From positions 79,298,001-79,362,000 of the forward strand of contig OX597824.1 of NCBI GenBank assembly GCA_951406725.2: 64,000 bases of DNA, in the 5' to 3' direction. Shown piece by piece: positions 1 to 12,474 of the stretch. Position numbers and translations under genes: made by a program. The notes under the pieces were generated by a model, which worked only from the letters and a program-made list of their open reading frames with translations, was not told the origin of the DNA and did not search any database. Within the stretch, counting starts at the first letter, position 1. Every line of letters starts with the position of its first letter. The stretch comes from Octopus vulgaris. Taxonomy: Eukaryota.

Positions 1-348
1 TTGACTGTGGCCATGCTGGAGCACCGCCTTTAATCGAGCAAATCTACCCCAGGATTTATTCTTTGGAAGCCTAGTACTTATTCTATCAGTCTCTTTTGCC
101 GAACCACTAAGTTACGGGGACGTAAACATACCACCATCGGTTGTCAAGCGATGTTGGGGGACAAACACAGACACACAAACATATGCACACACATACATAT
201 ATATATACATATATACGATGGGCTTTTTCAGTTTCCGTCTACCAAATCCAGTCACAAGGCTTGGTCGGCCCGAGGTTATAGTAGAAGACACTTGCTCAAG
301 GAGCCACACAGTAGGAATGAACCCGGAACCATGTGGTTGGTAAGCAAG
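1..348 (-). mobile_element. tRNA-derived SINE family A (octopus-type), truncated
   Basis: Reverse complement of the family A consensus seen repeatedly in this window; internal (TA/TG)n tract. Confidence 0.85.
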
Positions 349-1053
349 CTCACAATCATGAGGTGGTGAGTCTAATTCCTGGACCGGGCTGTGTGTTGTG
401 CTCTTGAGCAAGACACTTTATTTCACGCTGCTCCAGTTCACTCAGCTGTAGAAATGTGTTCTAGCATCAATAATGGTGCCAAGCTGTAATTGACCTTTGC
501 CTTTCCCTTGGATAAAATCAATGGCATCGAGAAGGGAGGCTGGTATGCCTGGCCGACTGTGGAGAGGAACTTTCTAGGTGCAATCCTATGGTCATCCATG
601 GCCAAAGAGGGTCTTTTATATATATATGTCAATTTGTCAACTGAGTTGTGACACAATATTCCAGCTGTAGAGTATATGGAATATTGGAGTACCATCCAAT
701 AAAAAGTTACACTTATGTTGCATGCCATGCTATGTATAACATTAGACATTTTCACCTGTAAAAGATGAAAAAGAAAAAACAAAAAAAAAATACCACTGAT
801 GAACAAGGTAAGGAAATATTCCAAAGATCCAGAAACAAACAGAATGTTCCTTCAGTGTTTCAATTACAGAGTGTGATATAATGTTTCAGAAGTTATACAG
901 GTAAGATTATAATTAAGGTAAGGTTATAATTAAAGAGAGTGTAATCAGCTTCACCTTTTATTTATTTTTCTTCGAGAAGATGGCCTGACATATAGGATAG
1001 CACTTGCCATCACAAAAGAAATGGGGAAAAAAAAACAATCAAGTGTTGCTTAC

Positions 1054-1174
1054 TTAGTTTCAAAAAATGGTTCTTTCTCGAGGACTTCAATGTTGGGGTT
1101 GGGCTTGAGTTTTTGTTCGTCTTTTCGTTTGCCACCACCTTTCCGCTTGCCAGGTTTTTCTCCTTTGGCTTTCC
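1054..1174 (-). CDS. Coding exon GKAKGEKPGKRKGGGKRKDEQKLKPNPNIEVLEKEPFFET; gene probably continues left of the window
   Basis: Acceptor tgcttttcaaatttag|GG, donor ACTAA|gtaagc; 121 nt, phase 1 to 2. Confidence 0.85.
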
Positions 1175-1477
1175 CTAAATTTGAAAAGCAAAACAGGGAA
1201 AATAAAAGAACATGTGTTTAATCTCAAGCCATGATGTGTGTGGGGGGAGGGGGGGTAGAGGAAAAAATAGGAATTTCTTTTTAACAACATCAATATTAAT
1301 TTACATAAAATTAGCAACAAAGCAACCAATTTTAGGGAAGGAACAATCAACACTCAATAGATAGATAAATAAATAAATAAATGGATGGATGGATGGATGG
1401 AGTTGGTGTAACAATGATGTCCTAGTGATTGTATGCATTAACTTTCTTCATCTTTACTAATCTGTAAATACATAATT

Positions 1478-1796
1478 CATCATCATCATCGTTTAACGTC
1501 CGTTTTCCACGCTAGCATGGGTTGGACGGTTCGACCAGGGTCTGGGAAGCCAGGAGGCTGCACCAGGCTCTAGTCTGATCTGGCAGTATTTCTACAGCTG
1601 GATGCCCTTCCTAACACCAACCACTCCGTGAGTGTAGTGGGTGTTTTTTACGTACCACCAGCACAGGGGCCAGAGGGGGCTGGCAAACGGCCATGATCGG
1701 TTGGTGTTTTCATGTGTCACTGACACAGATGCCAGCCAGGTGGCACTGGCATCTGCCATGTTGGGACGGTGCTTTTTACATGTCACCGGCATGGGT
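1478..1796 (-). mobile_element. RTE-3'UTR-related repeat with (ATG)n tail
   Basis: catcatcatcgtttaacgtccg...ctggatgcccttcctaacaccaaccactcc, homologous to 10840-11040. Confidence 0.75.
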
Positions 1797-2618
1797 AATT
1801 GTATTGTATAATGCATAGCATGCATATTAGTGCAGATATTTAAACATAATACGTATATACACTGAAATTATTACATGAAACAGGCTGCAAAAGGGCCATA
1901 ATCAAAAGGATAATAAGTGGTTAAATAAATATATTCTGCTCTCATATCTCTTCACTTTTAATGATTTAGATCAGAGGTTCTTGACCGGCATCCACAGGGC
2001 CCTTAAGGGTCCATATCATATCTTGTTTTTAAGATTACATACAATAAATTGGTGATACTTCTATGATGCACAAAAATATTTTAACGATTTTCTATACTAT
2101 TCCCAATATTATTTTATTATATTTATTATATTTCCTCAAACCTAGACTGGATGAAAGGGCCAAAATGTTGACCTTCAGGATGTTGGGGACTCAAAACATA
2201 AAGACACAAACTAATACAACTGGGTTTTATTTTATCCAGCATGGCCACAGTCAAATGACTGAAACAAGTAAAAGAGTTAAAGAGTAATCACACCACTGAG
2301 ATTTTGAAGAGATGAGATAATGCATGATTATCCCAAAACAATATGAATAAATAAGCATCCCATTTGATAAAGTAATCTGAATGCTAAAGGGTTAAGACCA
2401 CATTATCAACTAAGCCCCTTTTCTGAAGATATATCTTCAGAAAAAGGGTATGATATTTTCAAGAAGATTTGGCTGCTATTTCTAACAAGTTAAACAATCA
2501 CACAGAAACTCATTTACTTGCTCACATGCAGCCTGCCTGCCTGCTTGTCACAGGTTACTAATTAAAGGTGGTGGAGTTTCAGGTATTCTTTCATGCTGTT
2601 CTTCATGCAATTAATTAC

Positions 2619-2723
2619 CTTTCTGCGATACTTTTGCTTCCTTCGAAGATGACTGAGGTTTCACTGGTTTAGGGGAGCTTTCAACAACCTTCTTTTTCTT
2701 ATTGATTGGTTCTTCATCTTCAA
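2619..2723 (-). CDS. Coding exon IEDEEPINKKKKVVESSPKPVKPQSSSKEAKVSQK (low-complexity, NLS-like)
   Basis: Acceptor aattatcattgcag|TT, donor AAAG|gtaatt; 105 nt, phase 1 to 1, in frame with both neighbours. Confidence 0.85.
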
Positions 2724-3049
2724 CTGCAATGATAATTTGAAAAATTTAAGTTTGTTTTGCATGCTTATTTTCTTTTTAAATTTCAAAAGTCAGGATTATT
2801 TTTATGATTTGTTGAAATCTAAACTATTTCACTGTGATTAGAAATATTTTAACCCTTTCATTAACAACAGGCCAAATTACTGCCAGTAATTACCAATTCA
2901 TATTTAGGAGAGAATATTGACTTAAATCTTGAAAGTAAATTAGTGATAACACATAATTTCACTGGATAAACACTTACACTGAAGGGTTACCATGTGAAAT
3001 TTGTGTTCTCTATATTTTGGGGGCTATTTCCCTCCTCATTCTCTTTTTA

Positions 3050-3341
3050 TTATCACCTGTGATTTAAAAAGGTAATATAAAAGGAGAAAGGGGCTCTCTA
3101 CTCCGTTTTGACCAGGCTCCTGTTGGTTTTTATGGGTTTTTTCCACCAGGAACCTTTCGTAATGCCTCCCCCTATTGGGAGTTGTTATATTTTTGTTGTT
3201 AAACTGTTTTTTACTCGATTTCACAAACGGACAAAACCCTTTGTAACCTTTCGTCTTGTTTTGTCCCTTTATGTTATAATTAATTTTTGTAAGCCCTTGT
3301 GGCCAATAAAAGAATTAATTATTATTATTATTATTATTATT
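3050..3341 (+). mobile_element. LINE-like 3'UTR fragment with AATAAA and (ATT)n tail (second copy ~30005-30160)
   Basis: caaac.gacaaaaccctttgtaac...ttttgtccctttatgtt...tgtggccaataaa.gaattaattattatt shared by both copies. Confidence 0.65.
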
Positions 3342-3710
3342 GAGTGAGAGAGCAGTGCATGCCATCAAAGTGACACTGGGGTAAAATATACGAAGCCCAG
3401 TATACCCATCATGGCTACCCGTCTGATAAGGGTACGCCAGGCACATCCATAATGTGCACAACACGGTGATCTCATATCAAGATAAACGGCACATGACCTT
3501 GCAGGTGGGGCCCAGTTAGAATTTTCTTCAGGTTGATTAGCCCATCCCACTCAAAAGGTCCCTGAATAAGGGTTGTTTAAGGATGTTGATAGAAACACCC
3601 ATGTTTCCAAAGATGAATTATCCAAACCACCCTCAAAGAATTCCTTTCAACACATGGCTATGACACTCTCCCACTACTTCTGATCATGATCAGAGATGCA
3701 CATATCATAA
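3341..3710 (-). mobile_element. Retro-repeat family D 3' portion with (AAT)n tail (partial copy at 6836-6935)
   Basis: tgagtgagaga.cagtgcatgccatcaaagtgacactggggt.aaatatacgaagcccagtatacccatcatg occurs twice, each time abutting a triplet tract. Confidence 0.7.
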
Positions 3711-4096
3711 CTTAGTTATCATTCAGCTAGTATTAGGAACATAAATTGTGACTAAAGCTTGGTGGAAGATTTTAAGTCAAAACTTATGAAAACAAGACAT
3801 TTGTACTGAGAGCCAGAGCCGGTTTCAGCCGGGTTGGTATCGAAAGGGTTAAGAAACTGCAAAAATAAACTGGTATGAAATATATGAGTAGGGAGGGAAT
3901 TAACTATTAACCAAAATAATTCTTTAAAGATGCAACAAACAAGTTTCAATGAAGAATTTCAAAGTGGATCCTTTTCTCAAACACATAAAAAAAAAAAAAT
4001 TCTAAATAGCAATACAGATACATAATTTTTTTTTTTATCATTTGAATAAAATAAAACAAAGACAAACATGGAAATCAGTAAAAACAGACGACGTAC

Positions 4097-4363
4097 TTCC
4101 TTCATTGAGCGGCAATCCTCTTTCCAAGTTAAGGACCTTCTTTAAAGCTTGTTCGGCACGTCTTTGTTGGGACGAGGGTAGGCGATAGGTGTCTTTCTCT
4201 ACCCTGTCCATCTTGACATCGCACAACACACACTCGATTTCAGTGGTATCCAAGTAGTCCAATTTATAAACATCTGGAGGCTGGTCCACATTAAGCCATT
4301 GAATCCGGAAACGTTTTGATGAGCGGTAGACAATTTGCTGAGCCTTGCAGACATAAAAGGTAC
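4097..4363 (-). CDS. Coding exon GTFYVCKAQQIVYRSSKRFRIQWLNVDQPPDVYKLDYLDTTEIECVLCDVKMDRVEKDTYRLPSSQQRRAEQALKKVLNLERGLPLNEG
   Basis: Acceptor ctcttctgtgtttatag|GT, donor GGAA|gtacgt; 267 nt, phase 1 to 1. GC-richer, with globular-domain-like composition. Confidence 0.9.
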
Positions 4364-4495
4364 CTATAAACACAGAAGAGGGAGGGTCAAAAAAATAAAT
4401 AAATATATATATAAGGGTAGAAATTGATATTAATCAATTAAAACCAGTGGCCTAGCATATTAAAAAAATCCAAAGATTAAAATATTTTTACATAC

Positions 4496-4623
4496 AAAAT
4501 TTAAAGGATTGACCACTAAAAGTGGACAGTCAACATGCTAGATATAGACATCAAAATAGCGATTTTGAAGTCTATATCTAGCATGTTGACCGTCCACTTT
4601 TAGTGGTCAGTCCTTTAAATTTT
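4496..4623. repeat. 62-bp inverted repeat with 4-nt loop, 3 mismatches
   Basis: 4496-4557 versus 4562-4623. Confidence 0.92.
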
Positions 4624-4624
4624 A

Positions 4625-4661
<37 letters not shown>

Positions 4662-5716
4662 GCTATTATGCAGAACCTGCTGTAAACAGTTACATACAAA
4701 AACTAAAGTAGGCAACCTCAATGAAAGAACTACAATATTTGTTAAAAAATATTAAAATTTTAAATCAACCATTCAATACATACTCCTTCTACTGCTAAAA
4801 AGCCTTACAAACTTATGGGCAAAGATTAGCAAGATTTGGGATATAAATCATCTGTCAAGTGCTGGAAAAATAAAAGATTGTATAGTCACAGCTGGAACAA
4901 CTTCCATGATATATGCCAGTCCCACATTGGCTGACCTGGGATGAAACAAATGCTAAGGAGAGGGCTTCTACATAGTCACTTGGTTTGCTAGAAATAGCTT
5001 CTAAATCTCCCTCAGGAGAAAGGACACGCTAGACACACATTTTTTGGAATTTGATAAAACAAAATAGTAAATTTGATTAGCTATTGCTATTCAGTTCCAT
5101 AGCTTCTTCGCTATGTTATTTACTTAACTTATGGCAGAACTTGTATCTACATGTTTTAACAATCATCTTCAAAAACATTTACATAAGAAGATCACAGAAA
5201 TAATAGCAATATTACATGGATTATCAGTTTATATGAAACTGAGCTGAACATCTAGAAGCAATAAGAATTTCCACACCATATGTCAGTAAAAAGTCAAAAA
5301 TAATCGGATCTGAGTGAGTGAGGAAAAAACAATAATTACTACCAAAACAAAGATCTTACAAATTTTATTCAAATCCTTAATGAATAAATAATCAAGGCCA
5401 ATAATTGTAATGAGAGTGAATCAATAATAAATTCAATTCAACTCATTATGTGACCACCCACAAAGGAAGAATACATATATACCAATGTAGTCTTGGACAC
5501 TCCTAAAAAGATAGAGGATGGTCACAGCGGAAATGCCTCTGATCATAGGGTCTGCTTGATCAGGGGTGAACAGGAGCTAAACGACAGCAACTATAATATT
5601 ATGTACAATGATGGTGCTGATGAAATTGGTAATTCATTACTGCTTTTACTGTCTACATGCACAAAGAGATATTTTTAAAAAGAAACATGCCTTCAAGCAT
5701 ACATTTTATAATTTAC

Positions 5717-6580
5717 ATTATTATTATTATTACTCAATAGTGCTTATTTTTAACATGTGCTTTCACTGCACTACCAAGTGCAGTTCTGTGCGCCTTGGGC
5801 ACGTACTGTGGTTTGCTTATGCGGTGATCTTATTTCCACTGTATTGAAAGTGTTTTGCGTAGGATGTGTGCTGTGCCTAGTAGTGCTATTTTCTGTATGT
5901 TATATTTTTATTTTCTGCATACTCTTTTTTACTCTTTTACTTGTTTCAGTCATTAGACTGCAGCCATGCTGGAGCACCGCCTTTAGTCGAGCAAATCGAC
6001 CCCAGGACTTTATTCTTTGTAAGCCTAGTACTTATTCTATCGGTCTCTTTGGCCGAACCACTAAGTTACGGCGACGTAAACACACCAGCATCGGTTGTCA
6101 AGCGATGTTGGGGGGACAAACACAGACACACAAACACACTCATATATATATGTATATATATATACATATATACGACAGGCTTCTTTCAGTTTCCGTCTAC
6201 CAAATCCACTCACAAGGCTTTGGTCGGCCTGAGGCTATAGTAGAAAACACTTGCCCAAGGTGCCACGCAGTGGGATTGGACCCGGAACCATGTGGTTGGT
6301 AAGCACTACTTACCACACAGCCACTCCTGCGCATGTTATATTTTATTTTCTGTATGCAATATTTTATATTCTGTATGCCCTGGTGATTTTGTTATGTATT
6401 TGTCTGAATGTTTTTGTTTTTTCTTATCATACTTAATGCGCCTACAATGATGGGAATTGTTTCTGTTTTTAGGCTCCACATTTGAGTTACCTCTATTTCC
6501 ACATCTTTGCATTTTGAAAGTTGCTCTCATTCTTTGAGAGAAACATTGTCATCTGTTAGTATTGATGCATCAATTAGAAA
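5717..6580 (-). mobile_element. 3' fragment of an RLE-type non-LTR retrotransposon (R4/Dong-like) with (TAA)n tail, split by a SINE
   Basis: Minus translation FLIDASILTDDNVSLKE*EQLSKCKDVEIEVTQMWSLKTETIPIIVGAL...[SINE]...NIQKIALLGTAHILRKTLSIQ matches the restriction-like endonuclease C-terminus. Ends in TAATAATAA. Confidence 0.8.
5921..6332 (-). mobile_element. SINE family A, full length, with ~25-bp target-site duplication
   Basis: A-box tggctgtgtgg, B-box-like ggtccaatcc, (AAAGAGT) tail. Flanked by atgttatattt(t)tattttctg.at.c at 5897-5922 and 6333-6357. Confidence 0.9.
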
Positions 6581-8418
6581 AAAATTTTTTTTATTATCAT
6601 TGTTATTGTTGTTGAGATTATTACTATTATCAAGGTGGTGAGCTGGCAGAAGCATTAGCACACCTGGCAAAAATGCTTAGTGGTATTTTGTCTGTCGCTA
6701 TGTTCTGAGTTAAAATTCTGCCAAGGTCAACTTTGCCTTTCATCCTTCCAGTACTGGGGTCAATGTAATCAACTATCCCTCTCCTCCAAAATTTCAGATC
6801 TTGTACCTAAAGGAGGAGGAGGAGTGTTGTTGTTGTTGAGTGAGAGAACAGTGCATGCCATCAAAGTGACACTGGGGTGAAATATACGAAGCCCAGTATA
6901 CCCATCATGACTACCCGTCTGATAAGGGTACACTGGGCAGAATCATTAAAGCATCAGAAAAAAATTCCTCATCGTAATTTTTTCAGCTCTTTACATTCTG
7001 GGCTCAAATCTTGCTGTGGTTAGCTTTGTCTTTCATTCCTCTGAGTACAATAATAAAAAGTACCAGTCAAGTACTAGAGTTGATATCAAGCTGACTTTTC
7101 CCACCCAAAACAATACTGGCCATCAGCCTAAATGAAAGCGTTGAACAAAATGTCACACAATATTTGAACTGGCTCTTTACATTCCGAGTTCAAATCCTAC
7201 CAAAGTCAACTTTACTTTTGAATCCATCCAGGGTCAACAAAATATATTCCAGCCAAGTACTAGGTTTGATTTAACCACCACTCCTTTCCTTCAAAATTAC
7301 TGGCCTTGTGCCTAAATTACAAACCATTATTATTATTATTAATATCATCAGTATGAGAAAACGGATGATTTGTAACGATACCACTACATGCATGAAGTGA
7401 CCCAATTATAAAATGCCATTATACGATATAACAGCATAGTTATACAATAACAGCCAGCTTGTGACTCAATTTATATTGTAATAAACATATAAACATGTTA
7501 TTGATCTGATATTTTTCTCCTTTTATCATTATTGTTAATATTGATTTCTCATACATATAAAAGAAAATCCTTATTAGTATCAGTAAAATTATGTGCATGT
7601 GTATGCATGTGAGCCTGGCGCATCTGAAGTGTTTCACATACAATAGTTTTATATTGGTTTTCCAATTACCACAAGCAATAAAGGAAAAGAAAAAGACAGC
7701 AACATGTAGAGTATGAAACATTAATTTTAACTATGCTAACCTCAGTTATAATATCAATCCAACCCCTTTGGGAAGGTCTCAAATCATCTACATTCTCACC
7801 ATTCCTTGATCAATAAGCTGAATCCAAGAGAAATCAATACAAATAAATACACGGCTCCGCTGTTGTTGGAATAACCGACTCAAAACTTACAAACTCAAAA
7901 TCTGTCACAGGCACTTTGCTATGCCTCTATCTTGAAGTACACAGTATTTGCCGTTGTTTAAGATGAGGTTTTGATTATATTTCACAGTATCATATTTTTA
8001 TCTTTCATCTTGTTTCAGTCATCGGACTGCGGTCATGCTAGGGCACCGCCTTGAAGAGTTATATCCGAGAAGAAAAAAATATCAACTCCAGTACCTAATC
8101 TTTTTAAGTCTGGCACTTATTCTATCATCTCTTTTGTCTAACAGCTAAGTTACAAGGACATAAACAAACCAACAATGGTTGTCAAGCAGAGGAGGACAAA
8201 CACACATACATTACATACACACACACAGGTAGCTTTCACATGGTTTCTGACTACAAAATTCACTCACAGGGCATTGGTCAGCCTCAGGCTGTAGTATAAA
8301 GACACATGCCTGAAGTGTTGTGCAGTGGGACAGAACCTGAAATCGTTTCTTAACAACACAGTCATGTATATATACATACTTATATACATTTTACTTTAAT
8401 ATATATATATGTGTGTGT

Positions 8419-8799
8419 GTGTGGTAAGAAGCTTGTTTACCAACCACATGGTTCCAGGTTCAGTCCCACTGCGTGACACCTTGGACAAGTCTCTTCTACT
8501 ATAGCCTTTGGCCAACCAAAGCCTTGTGAGTGGATTTGGTAGACGGAAACTGAAAGAAGCCTGTCGTGTATATGTATATATATATATATATGGGTGTGTT
8601 TGCGTGTCTGTGTTTGTCCTCCCAACATCGCTTGACAACCAATGCTGGTGTGTTCATGTCCCCGTAACTTAGCGGTTCGGCAAACGAGACCGATACAATA
8701 AGTACTAGGCTTAAGTACTGGGGTCGATTTGCTCGACTAAAGGCGGTGCTCCAGCATGGCCACAGTCAAATGACTGAAACAAGTAAAAGGGTAAAGAGT
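8419..8799 (+). mobile_element. SINE family A
   Basis: gtgtggtaag...ggttcagtcccactgcg...gactgaaacaagtaaaag. Confidence 0.9.
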
Positions 8800-8926
8800 A
8801 TACATTACTTCCACTGTAACACACGTTAATACCACTGTGTCTATATTTATATTCTCAGTGAAGCCTTTCTTGTACTACAGTTATGTTCAAAATAATGTAT
8901 ATAAGCATCCTTCAATACTTGAGATG

Positions 8927-8963
<37 letters not shown>

Positions 8964-9721
8964 GATTATTTCTTTATAATTAGTAGCAATAGCTGAGTCT
9001 TATCCATTGTCTGAATTTAGCCAGGCGTGTCATAGCATATGGCAGATGCAACAACACTGTTTATAGATATAGCATGTGGTTTTTATAACTTCAATACACA
9101 CTTGCTCTAGGTTTTGGCCAACTCATAAAGCTTATACCACTAATATTACATTAGTAATTGCCTGCCTGCTTGCCTGCCTGTGTAGTCCACGCATCATCAA
9201 AATTCCACATTGGTGTGTTTAACTCATTTACAGTTATACATCTGATAAGAAAAAAATGTATGTGTTTCAATTAATTTTTGGAATAATCTAGAATTTGAAG
9301 AGATTTAGATAACTAACTAAACTGATACTTTATATGTATTTGTGTGAGAGTATATGTGTATATGTATGTGTGGGAGAGATGGATAGATAGATAGATGGAT
9401 AGATATGGGGATATATGAACAGGCTTTCTTTTGAAATTGTTATATTAAAAATGTGACTGTGTTCTATTTTTTGTTGGGTTTTTTTTTTGCCATATTTCCT
9501 AATAAATCTTGGAACAATAAAGGTATGAAGTCAATCACCAAAGAAATTCTAAAAGAATATGGAAAATAAAAACACCCTTGGTAAAATAAATAAAAACTTA
9601 AACACAAAGAAGAGGTTTGTTTTTCATCTACAACTTAAAATTGTTATCAATTCAATAAAACCTGGATGGAAATTTTTATGTACTTAGTTATTACATTAGG
9701 AATTATGTAAACAAGGAAAAC

Positions 9722-10078
9722 ACAGGAGTGGCTGTGTGCATGGTTCCGGGTTCAGTCCCACTGCGTGGCATCTTGGGCAAGTGTCTTCTGCTATAGCCCC
9801 AGGCCGACCAATGCCTTGTGAGTGGATTTGGTAGACGGAAACTGAAAGAAGCCTGTCGTATGTATGTATATATATATGTATGTGTGTGTGTTTGTGTGTT
9901 TGTATCTGACCCCCTAGCATTGCTTGACAACCGATGCTGGTGTGTTTGCAAAAGAGACCAATAGAATAAGTACTGGGCTTACAAAGAATAAGTCCCGGGG
10001 TCGATTTGCTCGACTGAAGGTGGTGCTCCAGCATGGCCGCCGCAGTCAAATGACTGAAACAAGTAAAAGAGTAAGAGT
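9722..10078 (+). mobile_element. SINE family A (internal deletions)
   Basis: Family consensus match. Confidence 0.9.
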
Positions 10079-10839
10079 ATCAACCAAGATAACTTCTTTT
10101 TTTTTTTTCTTTCTACTATAAGCACAAGGTCTGAAATTTTGGTGCAAGCCATTTACATCAACCGCAGCGCTCAACAGGAACTTATTTTATCAAGTACGGA
10201 ACGATGGAAGACAAAGCCAATCTCAGAAGAATTTGAACTCAGTTTGTAAAGCCTGAAGAAAAGCCATTAAATATTTTGTCCAACCAATTAACAATTCTGC
10301 CAGCTTGCCATCTTCAATCTTAGTATAAATTTTAAAAATATAAACACACACACACACACATGTATATATAAGTGGTATGGTAAAGAAGTTCACTTCACAA
10401 GCTCATGGTGTTGGGTGCAGTCACACTGCATAACTGCACCCTGGACACGTACCTTCTATTATAGCCCTGCATCAATCAAAGGCTTAAAGTGGATTTGGTA
10501 GATGGAAACTGAAAGAAGCTTGTGTGTGCATGCATACTTGTGCATACACACGCACGCGCACATCTATCATCATAATTATCTGTTTCCTTATTACCCACAG
10601 GGAGCTAAACATAGAGGGGACAAACAAGGACAGACAAACGATTCAAGTCGATTACATCGACCCCAGTGTGTAACTGGTACTTAATTTATTGACCCCGAAA
10701 GGATGAAAGGCAAAGTCGACCTCGGCAGAATTTGAACTCAGAATGTAACGGCAGGCGAAATATGGCTACGCATTTCGCCCGGCGTGCTAACGGTTCTGCC
10801 AGCTCGCCGCCTTGACGATAATTATCATCATAATTATCA

Positions 10840-11450
10840 TCATTTAGTATCTGCTTTCCATGCTGGTATGGGTTACATGGTTTGATTGAAGCTGGTAAGC
10901 TGAAGGGCCACACCAGATTCCAATCTGATTTGTCATGGTTTCTACGGCTGTTAGCCCTTCCTAACACCAACCACTCCAAGAGTGTAATGGGTGCTTTTAC
11001 GTGCCACCAGCACAGGTGCCATCTGTGTGACACCAGTATCTAATGCCAAAGATCTCAGTTATTGCCTTTGTGAGGCCCAACACTTGAAAGGAGCTTTTCA
11101 CATGCCACCAGCATTGACCACTTTGCATCTGTGAGATCCAACGCTTGAAAAGTTCTTTTTATGCGCCACCAGCATGAGTGCCAGCTACTTGGCTTGACAG
11201 GTCTTCTCAAGCACAGTATATCACCAAAGGTCACGGTCACTAGTCATTGCCTCTGTGAGGCCTAAAGTTCAAAGATCAAGCTTCACCACTTTGTCGCATG
11301 CCTTCCTGGGTCTACCTCTACCACAGGTTCCCACTACAGTTAGAAATCAGCACTTCTTTACACAACTGTCCTCATCCATACACATCACATGACCATACCA
11401 GCGCAGTCATCTCTCTTGCACACATCTGATGCGTCTTATGCCCAACTTTT
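10840..11450 (-). mobile_element. 3' fragment of an RTE-clade LINE (ORF end + 3'UTR + (ATG)n-type tail)
   Basis: Minus translation EKLGIRRIRC/VQER*LRWYGHVMCMDEDSCVKKC*FLTVVGTCGRGRPRK carries the RTE LRWxGHV...GRGRPRK motif. Confidence 0.8.
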
Positions 11451-11676
11451 CGGGGGGGGGGAGTACACATGCACAAACATTGCTCTGTAGTGTACATTAC
11501 ACCTGCAAGAGGAAAAAAAGTGGGAGGATGAGATTGGGGTGCCTGTTGTTTTAAGGTCTGCTTGATAAGAAATGACCTGGAGCTTTACAAAAAAAAACAA
11601 TAACAACAGCAGGTCTGTGGAAGGGCTAATGTTTTCTTGTTAGTAAATAATCAAAAACATTTTCATCATAATATAC

Positions 11677-11857
11677 CTTCAGAATTTCTAACTGCCAGAA
11701 AGGATCCCTTTTTGAACAATAAAATTTTTTCCTCAGTGGGAATTTTAGGTTTTGGTGCACCTTCTTCGAGTACAGGTGACTGAAATCGTTGAACAGGTAT
11801 TCTCTGTCTTTTAAGAGGTGTCCGTGGCTCCATACTATAGACTCTTCTGCGGCCAGG
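11677..11857 (-). CDS. Coding exon PGRRRVYSMEPRTPLKRQRIPVQRFQSPVLEEGAPKPKIPTEEKILLFKKGSFLAVRNSE; putative tankyrase-like/PME-5-type PARP N-terminus
   Basis: Acceptor tttttgttttctacaccag|CCT, donor GAAG|gtatat; 181 nt, phase 0 to 1. Splices in frame to 4363, giving ...RNSE-GTFYVC. Product assignment is from recalled similarity only. Confidence 0.88.
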
Positions 11858-12017
11858 CTGGTGTAGAAAACAAAAAGTATATATAAATATTACAGTCAAG
11901 AATATTTTAAAAAAGAAAAAACTCCAAGACAAGCAAAGAAAAAACTCCAAGACAAGCAACAAAATCAAGAATCAAGAAAAGCAGACATGGTAATTTTGTT
12001 TTACTTCAATTTTCTAA

Positions 12018-12173
12018 CAGGAGTGGCTGTGTGGTAAGTAGCTTGCTTACCAACTACATGGTTCTGGGTTCAGTCCCACTGTGTGGCACCTTGGGCAAGT
12101 GTCTTCTACTATAGCCTCGGGCCAACCAAAGCCTTGTGAGTGGATTTGGTAAACGGAAACTGAAAGAAGCCCA

Positions 12174-12214
<41 letters not shown>

Positions 12215-12404
12215 TCCCCCATCCCACATCGCTTGACAACCAATGCTGGTGTGTTTACGTCCCCGTTACTTAGCGTTTCGGCAAAAATAGACCGGTAGAA
12301 TAAGGGCTAGGCTTACAAAGAATAAGTCCTGTGGTCGATTTCCTCGACTAAGGGTGGTGCTCGAGTATGGCTGCAGTTAAATGACTGAAACAAGTAAATG
12401 AGTA
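12018..12404 (+). mobile_element. SINE family A
   Basis: Family consensus match, internal (TG)n. Confidence 0.9.
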
Positions 12405-12474
12405 ATGTGTATCAACGTATTAACAAAAATTTGTTGCCAATGTTATGAGGCTCAATACTCAAGAAGAATATCTG

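Noticed and set aside
112-411. Recurring ORFs such as MLGGQTQTHKH.../...RCHAVGLNPEPCGW (also 5757-6302, 8396-8638, 9696-10049, 19331-19729, 29274-29507, 42216-42594, 56381-57079)
   Set aside because: They are translations of SINE family A and its internal microsatellite, not genes.
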